Shown here one piece after another: positions 40,357-52,334 of a stretch of 64,000 bases of DNA. Numbering within the stretch: position 1 is the first letter of the stretch; every line of letters starts with the position of its first letter. Location of the stretch: assembly GCA_963840455.1 (NCBI GenBank), contig CAWIYV010000001.1:308158-372157 (forward strand), written 5' to 3'. This DNA comes from Nitrospirota bacterium (GTDB taxonomy: Bacteria; Nitrospirota; UBA9217). Position numbers and translations under genes: made by a program. Below the pieces are notes generated by a model. The model was not told where the DNA came from. It saw only the letters and a program-made list of their open reading frames with translations, and searched no databases.

Positions 40357-40938
40357 ATGAATATCATCACACGGTCCATGGCCACAGCGGCGGTACTGGC
40401 GGCATTGTCCCTGCCGGTCTTCGCCCAGCAGGGGCACCTGCGCGGACCCGCGGGAGGGCCGCCGTCCGATGAACAGCGTGAAGAGGTCAGAAAAAAGATG
40501 GAAGCGATCAAGATGTCGCGGCTCACCGAGGAGCTGAGGCTTGACGAGAAGACCGCGGCCAAGTTCATCCCGGTCATCACGGCCCTTGACCAGAAACGGC
40601 GGTCCCTCATGAACGAGAACCGGCATGCGATGCAGGGGCTGCAGACCGAGCTCAACGCGCAGCAGCCTGATGAGGGCAGAATAAAAACGGCGATCAGCAG
40701 GATCGAGAAGTGCCAGCGCGAGATCGCCTCGCTCCGCGAAAAGGAACTTCAGGCCGCCCGGGAAAACCTTTCGGTGACCCAGCAGGCGCGGTATCTCCTT
40801 TTCAAGCAGGAGTTCATGCGCGAGATGCGCGGCATGGTGGAAGGTGCCCGGGGAAGCGGCCCGGGCAAGGGAGGAATGGGACCCGGTCAGGGCCGGGGTC
40901 AGGGCTTGGGTGGAGGCCAGAAACCCGTCAATCCGTAA
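40357..40938 (+). CDS. Periplasmic Spy/CpxP-like helical protein
   Basis: Signal peptide, LRLDE, LSVTQQA motif, Gly-rich tail; follows the anti-sigma gene. Confidence 0.7.
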   Translation: MNIITRSMATAAVLAALSLPVFAQQGHLRGPAGGPPSDEQREEVRKKMEAIKMSRLTEELRLDEKTAAKFIPVITALDQKRRSLMNENRHAMQGLQTELNAQQPDEGRIKTAISRIEKCQREIASLREKELQAARENLSVTQQARYLLFKQEFMREMRGMVEGARGSGPGKGGMGPGQGRGQGLGGGQKPVNP

Positions 40939-40988
40939 GGGCCGGGTAGGGATCGGCAGCATATTCCCGCTCGGATGATATCTAATAT

Positions 40989-41021
40989 GCCTGGATCACG
41001 CCTGTAATCCGGGCTTTTTTA
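40989..41021 (+). terminator. Intrinsic terminator
   Basis: GCCTGGAT...ATCCGGGC followed by T7. Confidence 0.65.
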
Positions 41022-41208
41022 TCCTTTCCCGCGCCAAGGACGCAAAATACCCTCCTGGTTGACAACAGCCACAAATGATCATAGCCTTTCTGCAATCAGC
41101 AGGAAAGAGCAGCTTCATCCGGTGGAGGCGCCCTCGACGCGCTCTATAACGCGGCCTGCGGGACCGGGGCATAGCGTTCTTCCGCACCGCGACGCAGCCA
41201 TCAAATCA

Positions 41209-41238
41209 TTGACAAACCGCCCTGCAAGTCCGTATAAT
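41209..41238 (+). promoter_or_regulatory. Consensus sigma70 promoter
   Basis: TTGACA-18 bp-TATAAT. Confidence 0.75.
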
Positions 41239-41271
41239 CCCTAACCCCACTACCGGAAAGGCCCCGTTTTC

Positions 41272-41886
41272 ATGAAGAAGATCGTCAAGAACTACTCAAC
41301 GTTCCTCCAACTCACCAGCGAACAGTTCAATGAGGCGGCGCAGAAGAGCCGGGTGTCGTGCCTCCGCGGATGCCATGAGTGCTGCTCGTCAGGGTTCTTC
41401 GACATTACCCTGCTCGACGCGCTGCATATCCGGGACAGCCTGAAGAAGGTCCCAGCCCCGATCAGGAAGCGCGTCGTTGACCGGGCCAATGAGCAGCTCG
41501 ACATCCTGGAGAAGAAGGGCGCCTTCTCCCGGAAGGACCCTCTGCTGAAGACCCTTGCCTCGATCGATTCCATTTCGCGGCGGTCGGCAAAGATGCGCTG
41601 CCCGGCCCTCGATGACAACGGCTCGTGCCTCATCTACGAATTCCGGCCGCACATCTGCCGCATCTTCGGCCCCACGGTCCGCGGACCGCGCCGAGCGGTC
41701 AGGCTCGAAGGATGCGGATACTTCAAACGGGACCTCCCCGAGGCCGATTTCGCCATCCTGAGCAACTACAAGGACGAAGAGGTGCTGCTCAAGGCCATGT
41801 TCACCAGGGCCGGCCGCAAACGGGTGCGCGAAGTGGACACCATCATCCCCGCGGCCATCGCGCTGGACCTGGAAGAGTGGCTGTAA
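41272..41886 (+). CDS. YkgJ-family cysteine cluster protein
   Basis: CLRGCHECC and CPAL....CLIYEFRPHICR. Confidence 0.85.
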   Translation: MKKIVKNYSTFLQLTSEQFNEAAQKSRVSCLRGCHECCSSGFFDITLLDALHIRDSLKKVPAPIRKRVVDRANEQLDILEKKGAFSRKDPLLKTLASIDSISRRSAKMRCPALDDNGSCLIYEFRPHICRIFGPTVRGPRRAVRLEGCGYFKRDLPEADFAILSNYKDEEVLLKAMFTRAGRKRVREVDTIIPAAIALDLEEWL

Positions 41887-42023
41887 GAAATCGCCAGGAG
41901 TCAGGAGGACCGGCGTTCTACACCGGAACCAGGAGATCATGTCCATCGTAATATCTGAATGAATCGTGACTGATATTTCAGCTTTTCATGTTTCTCCTGT
42001 ATCTCTGATCTCCTGACCTCACC

Positions 42024-42575
42024 ATGGAGATCATCGATAAAATAGTCCGCTGGAAGGGCAAGTTCATGAGTGCCGTGGAGATCCACTACCGCGATGCCAA
42101 GGGCGTTGTGCGGACCTGGGAGGCCGTGGAGCGCGTCAACGTCGGCGGTATCGTGGTGATGGTGGCGATCACGCCGGCGAACACCGTGCTCATCGAGAAA
42201 CAGTTCCGCCCTCCCCTCGGCAGGGACGTCATCGAGCTCCCCGCAGGCCTGGTGGACCCCGGGGAATCCATGGAGGATGCGGCGCGCCGGGAGCTGATCG
42301 AGGAGACCGGCTGGTCCGCACGAGAGCTCCGCTTCCTGGCCGAGGGCCCCATGTCCACCGGCGCGTCCACCGAGATCCTCAGGACCTACCTCTGTACCGG
42401 GCTAGAACATGTGGGAAAGTCCGGAGGCGACGACAACGAGATCATCGAGGTCATCGAGGTCCCCATGACCGGTGTCAGCGAGTACTTGGGCAGTGCCCAG
42501 GCCGCGGGCATGCTCGTGGACCTGAAGGTCTTCGGGCTCGTGGAACTCGCGCGAAGGGCCATGAACGGTCGTTGA
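42024..42575 (+). CDS. NUDIX hydrolase (ADP-ribose pyrophosphatase-like)
   Basis: QFRPP, ELPAGLVDPGES...AARRELIEETG. Confidence 0.9.
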   Translation: MEIIDKIVRWKGKFMSAVEIHYRDAKGVVRTWEAVERVNVGGIVVMVAITPANTVLIEKQFRPPLGRDVIELPAGLVDPGESMEDAARRELIEETGWSARELRFLAEGPMSTGASTEILRTYLCTGLEHVGKSGGDDNEIIEVIEVPMTGVSEYLGSAQAAGMLVDLKVFGLVELARRAMNGR

Positions 42576-42890
42576 GATCCTCCCCGGCCCACTGCTCAAA
42601 CTGCCGACAACAGACCCGCCACCGGGTCTTTGCCGTGATTTGCGTTGAAATGCATGGCCCTTTCTGGTATCTTTTTCAGGGACCAATCCCCATTACATTC
42701 ACGATCGCTGACTAATCCGGACAAGACGGAACGAATAGTATTAGACAGGATTCTAGTCACAGGCCACAGGCAGGATGACAAATCGGATTTTAAGCAATTA
42801 CCTTTCGTCAATCCTGTTATCGTGTCAAAAGGTTTGAGATTATCTCTACCTATCTTGAGTATATTGATTCCTCAGCAGCGAAGGAACAGC

Positions 42891-44609
42891 ATGAACAGCC
42901 TCCACGAATTCACCACCGAACCGATGATCGCCTACTTCTCCATGGAGATCGGCGTCAAGAACGACATCCCCACGTACAGCGGCGGTCTCGGGATCCTCGC
43001 CGGCGACACCATCAAGTCCGCAGCTGACCTGAAGCTGCCCGTGGTGGCGGTGACCCTCATCAGCCGGAAGGGCTATTTCAACCAGGAGATCGACCAGAAC
43101 GGCTGGCAGCAGGAGAAGCCGGTGATCTGGGACCCGGCGACATATATGCGGCTGCTTCCCGCGAAGGTGAAGGTGCAGATCGAGGGCAGGGACGTGACCA
43201 TCCAGTCCTGGGTCTACACGGTCGTGAGCCCCACGGGGGGCAAGATCCCGATCTTCTTCCTCGATACCGACATTCCGGAGAACACGCCCGAGGACCGCGG
43301 GATCACCGACTACCTCTACGGCGGAGACCACACCTACCGCATCAAGCAGGAGGTCGTCCTGGGCATGGGCGGCGTGCGGATGCTGCATGCCCTCGAGTTC
43401 CACATTAAGAAATACCATATGAACGAAGGCCACGCGAGCTTCCTGGCCCTGGAGCTCCTGCTCCGCTTCAAGCGGGACATCGAGAGCGTCTGGGACGAGC
43501 GCTCGGTCTGGGACCTCGCCCGGGTGCGGGACCTGTGCGTCTTCACGACCCATACGCCGGTGGAGGCAGGCCACGACAAATTCCCCTATTCGCTCGTCAA
43601 GCAGGTGCTCGGTGACATCCTGCCCATCGACGTGCTGAAGGACATAGCGGGAAAGGACAGCCTCAACATGACCTTGCTGGCCCTGAACCTGAGCAAGTAC
43701 ATCAACGGCGTTGCAAAAAAGCACGGCGAGGTCTCCCAGCACATGTTCCCCGGCTACCACATCCACGCCATCACCAACGGCGTCCATACGTTCACGTGGA
43801 CCTGCGGGGAGATGGCGGCGCTGTTCGACAAGTACATCCCTGGCTGGGCCAACGAGCCCGAGCTCTTCGTCCGGAGCGGCAACATCCCCGAGCTCGAGCT
43901 CTGGGAGGCACACCGCGAGGCTAAGCGCAAGCTCTTCGCCTACGTGAAACAGGCAACGGGAGTGGAAATGGACCTGAACGCGCTTACCCTCGGCTTCGCC
44001 CGCCGCGCGACGGCCTACAAGCGGCCCCACCTGCTCTTCCACGACATCGACCGCCTGCTCGGGATCGCGGAAAAAGGAAATATCCAGGTCATCTACGCCG
44101 GCAAGGCGCACCCCTATGATGACAACGGGAAAAAGCTGATCCAGGGGATCTACGGCTACGGGGATAAACTGAAAGGCAAGGTCCACGTCGTCTTCCTGCC
44201 GGGATACAACATGGACACGGCGCTCAAGCTCGTGTCCGGCGTCGACATCTGGCTGAACACGCCGCTCCGGCCCCTCGAGGCCTCCGGCACAAGCGGCATG
44301 AAAGCGGCCCACAACGGTGTCCTGAACTTCAGCGTCCTCGACGGCTGGTGGATCGAGGGTCACATCGAGGGGTTCACGGGGTGGTCCATCGGAGGGCCGC
44401 CGACAGAGTTCTCGAAACCGGGCGAAGCCGATGCCGACGATGCCGCGGACCTGTATACCAAGCTGGAGAACATCATCATCCCGAAATATTACAGCGCCGA
44501 CAAGGACCCTTGGGCCAAGATGATGAAGAACGCCATCAGCAAGAACGCGTACTACTTCAACAGCCACCGGATGATGCGGCGGTATGTGACGGAAGCCTAT
44601 ATCCGGTAG
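42891..44609 (+). CDS. glgP: Alpha-glucan phosphorylase
   Basis: YFSME, YSGGLG.LAGD, HMNEGH, EASGTSGMK; likely start MNSLHEF. Confidence 0.93.
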   Translation: MNSLHEFTTEPMIAYFSMEIGVKNDIPTYSGGLGILAGDTIKSAADLKLPVVAVTLISRKGYFNQEIDQNGWQQEKPVIWDPATYMRLLPAKVKVQIEGRDVTIQSWVYTVVSPTGGKIPIFFLDTDIPENTPEDRGITDYLYGGDHTYRIKQEVVLGMGGVRMLHALEFHIKKYHMNEGHASFLALELLLRFKRDIESVWDERSVWDLARVRDLCVFTTHTPVEAGHDKFPYSLVKQVLGDILPIDVLKDIAGKDSLNMTLLALNLSKYINGVAKKHGEVSQHMFPGYHIHAITNGVHTFTWTCGEMAALFDKYIPGWANEPELFVRSGNIPELELWEAHREAKRKLFAYVKQATGVEMDLNALTLGFARRATAYKRPHLLFHDIDRLLGIAEKGNIQVIYAGKAHPYDDNGKKLIQGIYGYGDKLKGKVHVVFLPGYNMDTALKLVSGVDIWLNTPLRPLEASGTSGMKAAHNGVLNFSVLDGWWIEGHIEGFTGWSIGGPPTEFSKPGEADADDAADLYTKLENIIIPKYYSADKDPWAKMMKNAISKNAYYFNSHRMMRRYVTEAYIR

Positions 44610-44630
44610 ATGGGCCTTCCGCGGTGCCAT

Positions 44631-44746
44631 TGAAGCTCCCTGCAGCAAGCTGCCGGGAATCTTCGATCCTCAAGGTCGTAGTACTTATTCTAATCGCTCG
44701 CTAACCCCGCAGCACGCTACGGGGAATGCGCTCGCTCCTGGATTCA
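44631..44746 (+). repeat. ~115-bp element, copy 3
   Basis: Same TGAAGCTCCC...GGATTCA double-hairpin sequence. Confidence 0.85.
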
Positions 44747-45079
44747 GGGTAAGGCAGCGCTCACCTGAATTGAGAATAATCATTTTTGACAGGTCAGAAG
44801 CGGATCATCCTGATACATGCGGATAAATTTCCTGCAAGCATTCACCTGCCGGGGAAACCGTCTGTTACGGTAATATCCGCCGTTATCCGGCTCTTGTCCG
44901 ATTTGATGCGTGTCAAATGCGTTCTTAGGTTCAACGATGTTCGGCACGCATGCCCTGCACTCCTGAGGGACATCACGATGCCCGGTTTTCCTATTTGTTC
45001 ATGAAGCAATGATCATCGTACAAGAGGCTTCAATGGCCGGTGAACATGATATGAGAACGTTCAGGCGGAAGGACCTTGG

Positions 45080-46585
45080 ATGAGCAGCAGCGACCATTTC
45101 AGGGACGTCATCGATTCGCTGCCGGTCTGCGTCATGCTCCTGGGGCCCGATGGCGCCATCAGGGAGATGAACACGGCAGGTCTTTTCATGGTCGAAGCCG
45201 ACGCCTTCGATCGGATCCGTGACAAGCCGTTCCAGCACATCGTCGCACCCGAGTTCCGGTCCTCCTTCCAGGCCCTCATCCGGAGAGTGTCCAAGGGCGC
45301 GTCGGAATCGCTGGAATACCAGATCACCGGACTGCTGGGCACCCGCCGCTGGCTTGATTCCGATGCCATCCCCTTTCGGGACTCCGACGGTTCTATCACC
45401 GCCATCCTCGCCGTGACGCGGGACACGACGGAACGGGTCCATCGTGAGGGCAAGGCCCGGTACGACCAGAAGATGGAGGCGATCTCGACCCTCACGAGCG
45501 GTGTCGCCCATGATTTCAATAACATCCTCACGGCGATCGTCGGTTACGGGAATGTGCTCAAAATGAAGCTTTCCGAGAGCGATCCCCTTCATCCGATGGC
45601 CGTCCAGATCCTGGCGGCCGCCGACCGGGCGTCCGGGATCACGAAGGGACTCCTGTCCTTCGGAAGCAGGCAGTTCCTGGGCCTGAAGCCCGTCGACCTC
45701 AACGAAACCGTCCGGCGGACCGCTGTGGCATTCTCGAAGGATTCAGGCAGCGGGATCACGGTCGAGGTGAGGACGGCTAATACTGCTCTGACCATCATGG
45801 CCGATGAGGGCGAGATCGAGCACTGCCTGATGAACTTGTTGTCCAATGCGCGTGATGCCATGCCGTCTGGCGGTACGGTCAGCCTTACGACCGGAACGAT
45901 GGAGCTGGAGGATACATTCATCGCCATTCACGGGTATGGGACCAAGGGTTCCTACGCAGTTGTCGCGGTAACAGACACCGGGACCGGCTTAGACGAAGAG
46001 ACGCGGAAAAAGGTCTTCGAGCCGTTCTTCACCACCAAAGACACCGGGAAAGGGCTCGGCCTCGGCCTGGCCATTGTGTACGGAGTCGTTAAAAGCCATC
46101 ATGGCTTTGTGAACGTGTATAGTGAGCCGGGTATCGGGTCCACCTTCCGCATGTATCTTCCCCTTGCCGGCGTCCGTTTTGCCGATTCTGCGGCGGCGTC
46201 CCTCATTCCCGAAGGAAACGGCGAAACGGTCCTTATCGCCGAGGACGAAGATGCGGTACGGGAAATCACCACATCGGTACTGGAGCAATTCGGCTACCAC
46301 GTTGTCGCCGCGGCTGACGGCGACGAGGCGATGCGCCTGTTCCGCGAGCACCCCGGCCCCATCGACCTCGTTATGCTCGACGTCGTCATGCCCAAGAAGG
46401 ACGGGAAGGCGGTCTATGAAGAGATCATGCGCCTGCGGCCGGACACGCGCGTCCTGTTCACCAGCGGTTATACGTCCGACATCGTCCTCAACAAGGGCCT
46501 GCTGGACAACGGCGTCCCGTTCATCTCGAAGCCGATCTCTCCCACGGACCTGCTCAAAAAGATCAGAGAGGTGCTCGAATCATGA
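45080..46585 (+). CDS. PAS hybrid histidine kinase/receiver
   Basis: PAS, AHDFNN H-box, [19 protein letters not shown]-terminal receiver (DVVMP). Confidence 0.92.
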   Translation: MSSSDHFRDVIDSLPVCVMLLGPDGAIREMNTAGLFMVEADAFDRIRDKPFQHIVAPEFRSSFQALIRRVSKGASESLEYQITGLLGTRRWLDSDAIPFRDSDGSITAILAVTRDTTERVHREGKARYDQKMEAISTLTSGVAHDFNNILTAIVGYGNVLKMKLSESDPLHPMAVQILAAADRASGITKGLLSFGSRQFLGLKPVDLNETVRRTAVAFSKDSGSGITVEVRTANTALTIMADEGEIEHCLMNLLSNARDAMPSGGTVSLTTGTMELEDTFIAIHGYGTKGSYAVVAVTDTGTGLDEETRKKVFEPFFTTKDTGKGLGLGLAIVYGVVKSHHGFVNVYSEPGIGSTFRMYLPLAGVRFADSAAASLIPEGNGETVLIAEDEDAVREITTSVLEQFGYHVVAAADGDEAMRLFREHPGPIDLVMLDVVMPKKDGKAVYEEIMRLRPDTRVLFTSGYTSDIVLNKGLLDNGVPFISKPISPTDLLKKIREVLES

Positions 46586-47652
46586 CCGATAAAAGCAGTA
46601 TGATCCTCGTGGTCGATGACGACCCCTATGTGCTCGAATCCATCTCGACGCTGCTGCGCACCTTCGGCTTCAACGTGAAGACCTGCAACAACGCCAGCAG
46701 CGCCGTCCAGGAAATCCAGCGGACGCCCGTCGACGTCGTCCTGACGGACATCAAGATGCCCGGCCTGACCGGCGTGGAACTGCTCGGCATGATCCACAAA
46801 TTCGATTCCCAGATCCCGGTCATTCTCATGACCGCCTACGCCGAACTCGACGTTGCTGTCGACGCCATCAAGAAGGGCGCGTTCGACTTCATCACAAAAC
46901 CTTACAACGCGGACTACCTCCTCCATACCATCGAAAAGGCGGTGAAATATTCCGACCTGATCCAGATGGAGCGCGACTACAAGAAGACCTTGGAAGAGAC
47001 CGTTCGGACGAGGACCCAGGAGCTGTCCGACGCCCTGGTCATGGTAAAGAATATGAGCCGTGAGATCATCACCAGGCTCACGGTCGTGGCCGAATACCGC
47101 GATACATCCACAGGAGCCCACATCTCCCGCATAGGGCTCTACTCGAACAAGATCGCGGAAGAGCTGTCCCTCGATGCAGACTTCGTCGAGAAGCTGACCT
47201 TTGCGAGCTCCATGCATGACCTGGGAAAGATCGGCATCCCCGACAGCATCCTGCTGAAAGCGGGACCGTTGTCCGAGGATGAGTATGAGTTCATGAAGAC
47301 CCACACGACCATGGGAGAACAGATCCTTTCCGGGTCCGATTATCCGGCGATCCAGCTCGCCGCCTCGGTCGCGCTGAACCATCACGAGCGCTATGACGGC
47401 GGCGGCTATCCCCGGGGGCTTAAGGGTGACGGGATCCCCATCGAAGGCCGGATCGTCATGCTCGCCGACCAGTACGATGCGCTGCGAAGTGCCCGTCCAT
47501 ACAAGGCGGGATTCACCCACGAGGAGACCTGTACCATCATCACTCGGGGCGATGACCGTACCATGCCGTCCCATTTTGACCCGGCTATCCTGAATGCCTT
47601 TAACAAGATCAACCCGCTGTTCAACGAGATCTACGAAAGCAACAAGGGCTGA
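46582..47652 (+). CDS. Response regulator with HD-GYP phosphodiesterase (RpfG-like)
   Basis: DIKMP receiver; [16 protein letters not shown]. Confidence 0.92.
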   Translation: MTDKSSMILVVDDDPYVLESISTLLRTFGFNVKTCNNASSAVQEIQRTPVDVVLTDIKMPGLTGVELLGMIHKFDSQIPVILMTAYAELDVAVDAIKKGAFDFITKPYNADYLLHTIEKAVKYSDLIQMERDYKKTLEETVRTRTQELSDALVMVKNMSREIITRLTVVAEYRDTSTGAHISRIGLYSNKIAEELSLDADFVEKLTFASSMHDLGKIGIPDSILLKAGPLSEDEYEFMKTHTTMGEQILSGSDYPAIQLAASVALNHHERYDGGGYPRGLKGDGIPIEGRIVMLADQYDALRSARPYKAGFTHEETCTIITRGDDRTMPSHFDPAILNAFNKINPLFNEIYESNKG

Positions 47653-47734
47653 CCGGGCGGGCCTGTCACCGGCCACCACCTGGCGGCCCTCCTGTCTTCT
47701 TGCCTTCCCTGCTGTTTTTAGTGTATAGTTCGCT

Positions 47735-48214
47735 ATGCAGACCAAGGTCAAGACCGTCGAAGAGCTCCGACCCCTTCTTGCCATCCTCCGCGCAGCCGGG
47801 AAGAAGATCGTCTTCACGAACGGCTGTTTCGATCTCATTCACACCGGCCACACCCGTTACCTTGCCATCGCACGCTCCTTCGGAGACATCCTGGTCGTTG
47901 CCGTGAACAGTGACGCCTCGGTCAGCACGATCAAGGGCGAGAAACGTCCCATCAATCCCCAGCAGGAACGCGCCGAGGCCCTTGCCGCCCTGGAGTCCGT
48001 TGATTTCGTCACCATCTTCAGCGAACCGGACCCCTACAAGGTCATTTCAGCGCTGCAGCCGGACGTGCTGGTCAAAGGCGGCGACTGGCCGATCGAGGAG
48101 ATCATCGGAAGGGACGTCGTGGAGGCGCGGGGCGGGAAGGTCGTGAACGTGCCGTTCGTGGAAGGTCAATCGACAACGGGAATTATCGAACGAATATTGA
48201 AGAGGTACCGATAA
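47735..48214 (+). CDS. rfaE2: D-glycero-beta-D-manno-heptose 1-phosphate adenylyltransferase
   Basis: FTNGCFDLIHTGH, NSDASV...KG..RP, KGGDW, STT. Confidence 0.92.
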   Translation: MQTKVKTVEELRPLLAILRAAGKKIVFTNGCFDLIHTGHTRYLAIARSFGDILVVAVNSDASVSTIKGEKRPINPQQERAEALAALESVDFVTIFSEPDPYKVISALQPDVLVKGGDWPIEEIIGRDVVEARGGKVVNVPFVEGQSTTGIIERILKRYR

Positions 48215-48223
48215 TAAGTACTG

Positions 48224-48365
48224 CTGCCACAGAAACACAGAGGCGCAGAGAACGTCCAAAACGATTAGATTTTTCTCTAAAAGCGCGATAGCAAATCATT
48301 TCTTTTCTCTTTATCTAACACCTGCCCTTCTTCGCTATCCTCTGTGTCTCTGAGTCTCTGTGGCA
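48224..48365. repeat. Inverted arms of 9-bp tandem units around an AT-rich spacer
   Basis: TGCCACAGAAACACAGAGGCGCAGAG ... CTCTGTGTCTCTGAGTCTCTGTGGCA. Confidence 0.75.
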
Positions 48366-48369
48366 AATT

Positions 48370-48759
48370 CTATCTTTTCTTCTTTTTCTTGATTTTATCA
48401 TCTTCAATGCTGTAGAGAGTTTCGTCATCGAACCCGAAATAGTGCCCTATCTCGTGCGCGACCGTGTCGAGTACGACTTCCTCGATCTCCTCCTCGTTCC
48501 GCGTGTCCCGCTCGATGGGCCCCTGGTAGATCGTGATCCGATCGGGCAAAACGTTCCCGAAGTTCCATTCCCGCTCCGTGAGCGGAACCCCTTGGTACAG
48601 TCCATAAAGCGCCCCGTCCTCGATCCCCATGTCGTCAAGGACATCCTGCGGCGGCTCGTCCTCGACCTCGATAGCGATATTCTCCATCGCATCGAGGAAC
48701 TTCTTCGGAAGTCTCTTGAGGGATCGCTCCACCAGTTGTTCAAATGTCTTCCTGTTCAT
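48370..48759 (-). CDS. Zincin-like metallopeptidase family protein
   Basis: GLYQGVPL, PDRITIYQ, HEIGHYFG. Confidence 0.85.
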   Translation of the reverse strand: MNRKTFEQLVERSLKRLPKKFLDAMENIAIEVEDEPPQDVLDDMGIEDGALYGLYQGVPLTEREWNFGNVLPDRITIYQGPIERDTRNEEEIEEVVLDTVAHEIGHYFGFDDETLYSIEDDKIKKKKKR

Positions 48760-48769
48760 AGTTTGCAAT

Positions 48770-48811
48770 AAAAAAGCCGGCGATCGAGAGGGGTCCTCTG
48801 ATCTCCGGCTC
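48770..48811 (-). terminator. Terminator after eno
   Basis: Minus strand AGCCGG.GATC...GATC.CCGGCT followed by a T-run. Confidence 0.6.
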
Positions 48812-48825
48812 CTCAGAACCACTGC

Positions 48826-50154
<1,329 letters not shown>

Positions 50155-50208
50155 CTATGATCCTTCTTCTATAATCCGCAATTCGCAATCCGCATTCCGC
50201 AATGGTAT

Positions 50209-51640
50209 TTACTGCCCCAAAATGAACTTCCTGCCCGCCTCGATCAGTACGCTTGATCTTCTCTTCCGATGAGGACTCCACATAGAGCCGAACAACGGGT
50301 TCGGTGCCCGAAGCGCGCATCAGCACCCAGCTGTCGTCCTCGAGCATATACTTCGTTCCGTCCGCGGTCGTCTTCTTGCCCTTGACACGGAGCCCGTCGA
50401 GCTCGGTCAGCGGCTGGCTGAGCCGGTCGCCGACCGCCTTGCGGTTAGCCTCGGTCAGATGGATGTCGATGCGCTGGTTCAGGATGACGCCGACCTCCTT
50501 GTACAGCCGCTTCAGGAGGTCCTTCACGGACTTCTTCTCCTTTGCCACCATCTCCGCCACGAGCATGCAGGCAAGGACTCCGTCCTTCTCGGGGACATGG
50601 TCCTTGATCGTCATACCTGCGCTTTCTTCTCCGCCGAAGATGATCTTTCCCTGAACGAGCAGATCGCCGATGTACTTGAAGCCGACACCGGTCTCATAGA
50701 CCTCGATGCCGTGCTTCTTGGCGACAGCATCCACGAGATGGGATGTCGCGATGGAGCGCGCCGCGCCGCCTTTCCATCCCCGCGTCTTGCAGAGGTAGTC
50801 GAGGACGAGGGCAAGGACCTGGTTCGGATTGATATAGGTGCCGTCGGTGTCGAGGACGCCGAAACGGTCGGCGTCGCCGTCCACAGCGAGGCCGATGTCG
50901 AAGCGGCCTTTCCTGATGATGCCCGACAGCTCGGCAAGGTTCTCCTCAGACGGTTCGGGTGCATGGCCGCCGAACAGCGGGTCCCGGTGACCGTGCAGGA
51001 CCGTTACCTGACATCCTGCGTCGCGGAGCACCGTGTCGAGATAGTCCCTGCCGGTGCCGTACAGGAGGTCGATGGCGACCTTGAGCTTCGCTTTCCTGAT
51101 GACTTCGAAGTCGATCTTCTTGCGGAGGTCGTCAAGATACGCCTTCCGCAGGTCCGCATCCTCCAGCATCCCCTTCTCCTTCGCTTCGGCCGTTGTCATC
51201 GTGGGAATGCTGTTCTTGTCGAGAAGCGCGTTCGCGCGCGTCTCGATGTCCCTGGTCGTTTCCGGGAGCGCGGGACCTCCCCAGGAGGGCGAGAACTTCA
51301 GCCCGTTGTACTCGGGGGGATTGTGGCTTGCCGTGAAATTGATGCCGCCGGCGGCCTTCCGGCGGATGATCTCGAAGGCAACAACAGGCGTGGGCACATC
51401 CCGGTTTGAGAGATAGGTATGGATGCCGCAGGCTGCAAGCACTCTGGCCGCTTCAAGGGCGAAACGTTCGGACAGGAAGCGGGTGTCGTAACCGACGATC
51501 ACGCCCTTGTCCTTCAGCCCCTGCGCGATGAGGTGGTCCGCGATGGCCTGCGTGACCGCCCGAACCCGTGCCATGGTGAACTCATCGGCAATGACGCCGC
51601 GCCATCCTGATGTTCCGAACTTTATCTTCACGTTCCCCAT
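50209..51640 (-). CDS. Phosphoglucomutase/phosphomannomutase, apparent frameshift near the 3' end
   Basis: FGTSGWRG, TASHNP, DGDADR, GEES, RASGTEP; natural C-terminus LIEAGRKFILGQ* lies in another frame after about 50250. Confidence 0.9.
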
Positions 51641-51727
51641 ATGGACGAAAAAATATCACAAAAGTGCACTGTTTGCAACTTAAATGAAAACAGCGGGCGA
51701 TGGCGGTTATGCTGCGGCGAACTGTTC

Positions 51728-52207
51728 CTAGAGCCGGATGATCTCAGCTTCCAGATCGTCACCTACCGTGAGCAGAGCGACCGAATTGTATGGTGCGTAA
51801 CGTGTATCCGTGGGGCTGCCGGGGTTCAGGAACCAGACGCCGTCCACCTTTCCCCAGAAAGGCATGTGCGAATGCCCAAAGACGATCATGTCCACATTGC
51901 CGAATTCCTTCCTGACCATCTCTTTCTGAAGGTCGATACGGTACTTGCCGTGGGTGAGCCCGACAGAGAACCTGCCGAGCGTCAGGAGCTTCTTTGCGGG
52001 CAGCCGGAGGTGGAGCTCAGTATCGTCCATGTTCCCCGCCACCGCTTCGACCGGGGCGATCGTCTCCAGTTCGTCGAGGACCGAGGCCTGAACGATGTCG
52101 CCCGCGTGCAGGATGAGATCGACGCCCCTGAATATCTCAAAGACCGCAGGCGGCAGCGACGAGGCCGCGCCGGGCACATGGGTATCGGATATGATGCCGA
52201 CCTTCAT
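51728..52207 (-). CDS. YfcE-family metallophosphoesterase
   Basis: SDTH, HAGD, GNMD, THG, GHSH, NPGS. Confidence 0.9.
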   Translation of the reverse strand: MKVGIISDTHVPGAASSLPPAVFEIFRGVDLILHAGDIVQASVLDELETIAPVEAVAGNMDDTELHLRLPAKKLLTLGRFSVGLTHGKYRIDLQKEMVRKEFGNVDMIVFGHSHMPFWGKVDGVWFLNPGSPTDTRYAPYNSVALLTVGDDLEAEIIRL

Positions 52208-52334
52208 TAAACCAGACCGCCTTCGATTCAGGATTTTACCGAAGAGACTTCGACGGGCTCTGTCGAGCCGGGCGCAGGGTACTTCAAGAAAACCGATCAC
52301 GTTCTGGGACGTTAACCGTGTTCATCCGTGGTTA

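Noticed and set aside
42846-44648. Long antisense ORFs (also 306-1253, 13539-14870, 46468-47838, 52563-53612, 62621-63820)
   Set aside because: Shadows of well-supported genes, produced by high-GC codon bias; no motifs or RBS.
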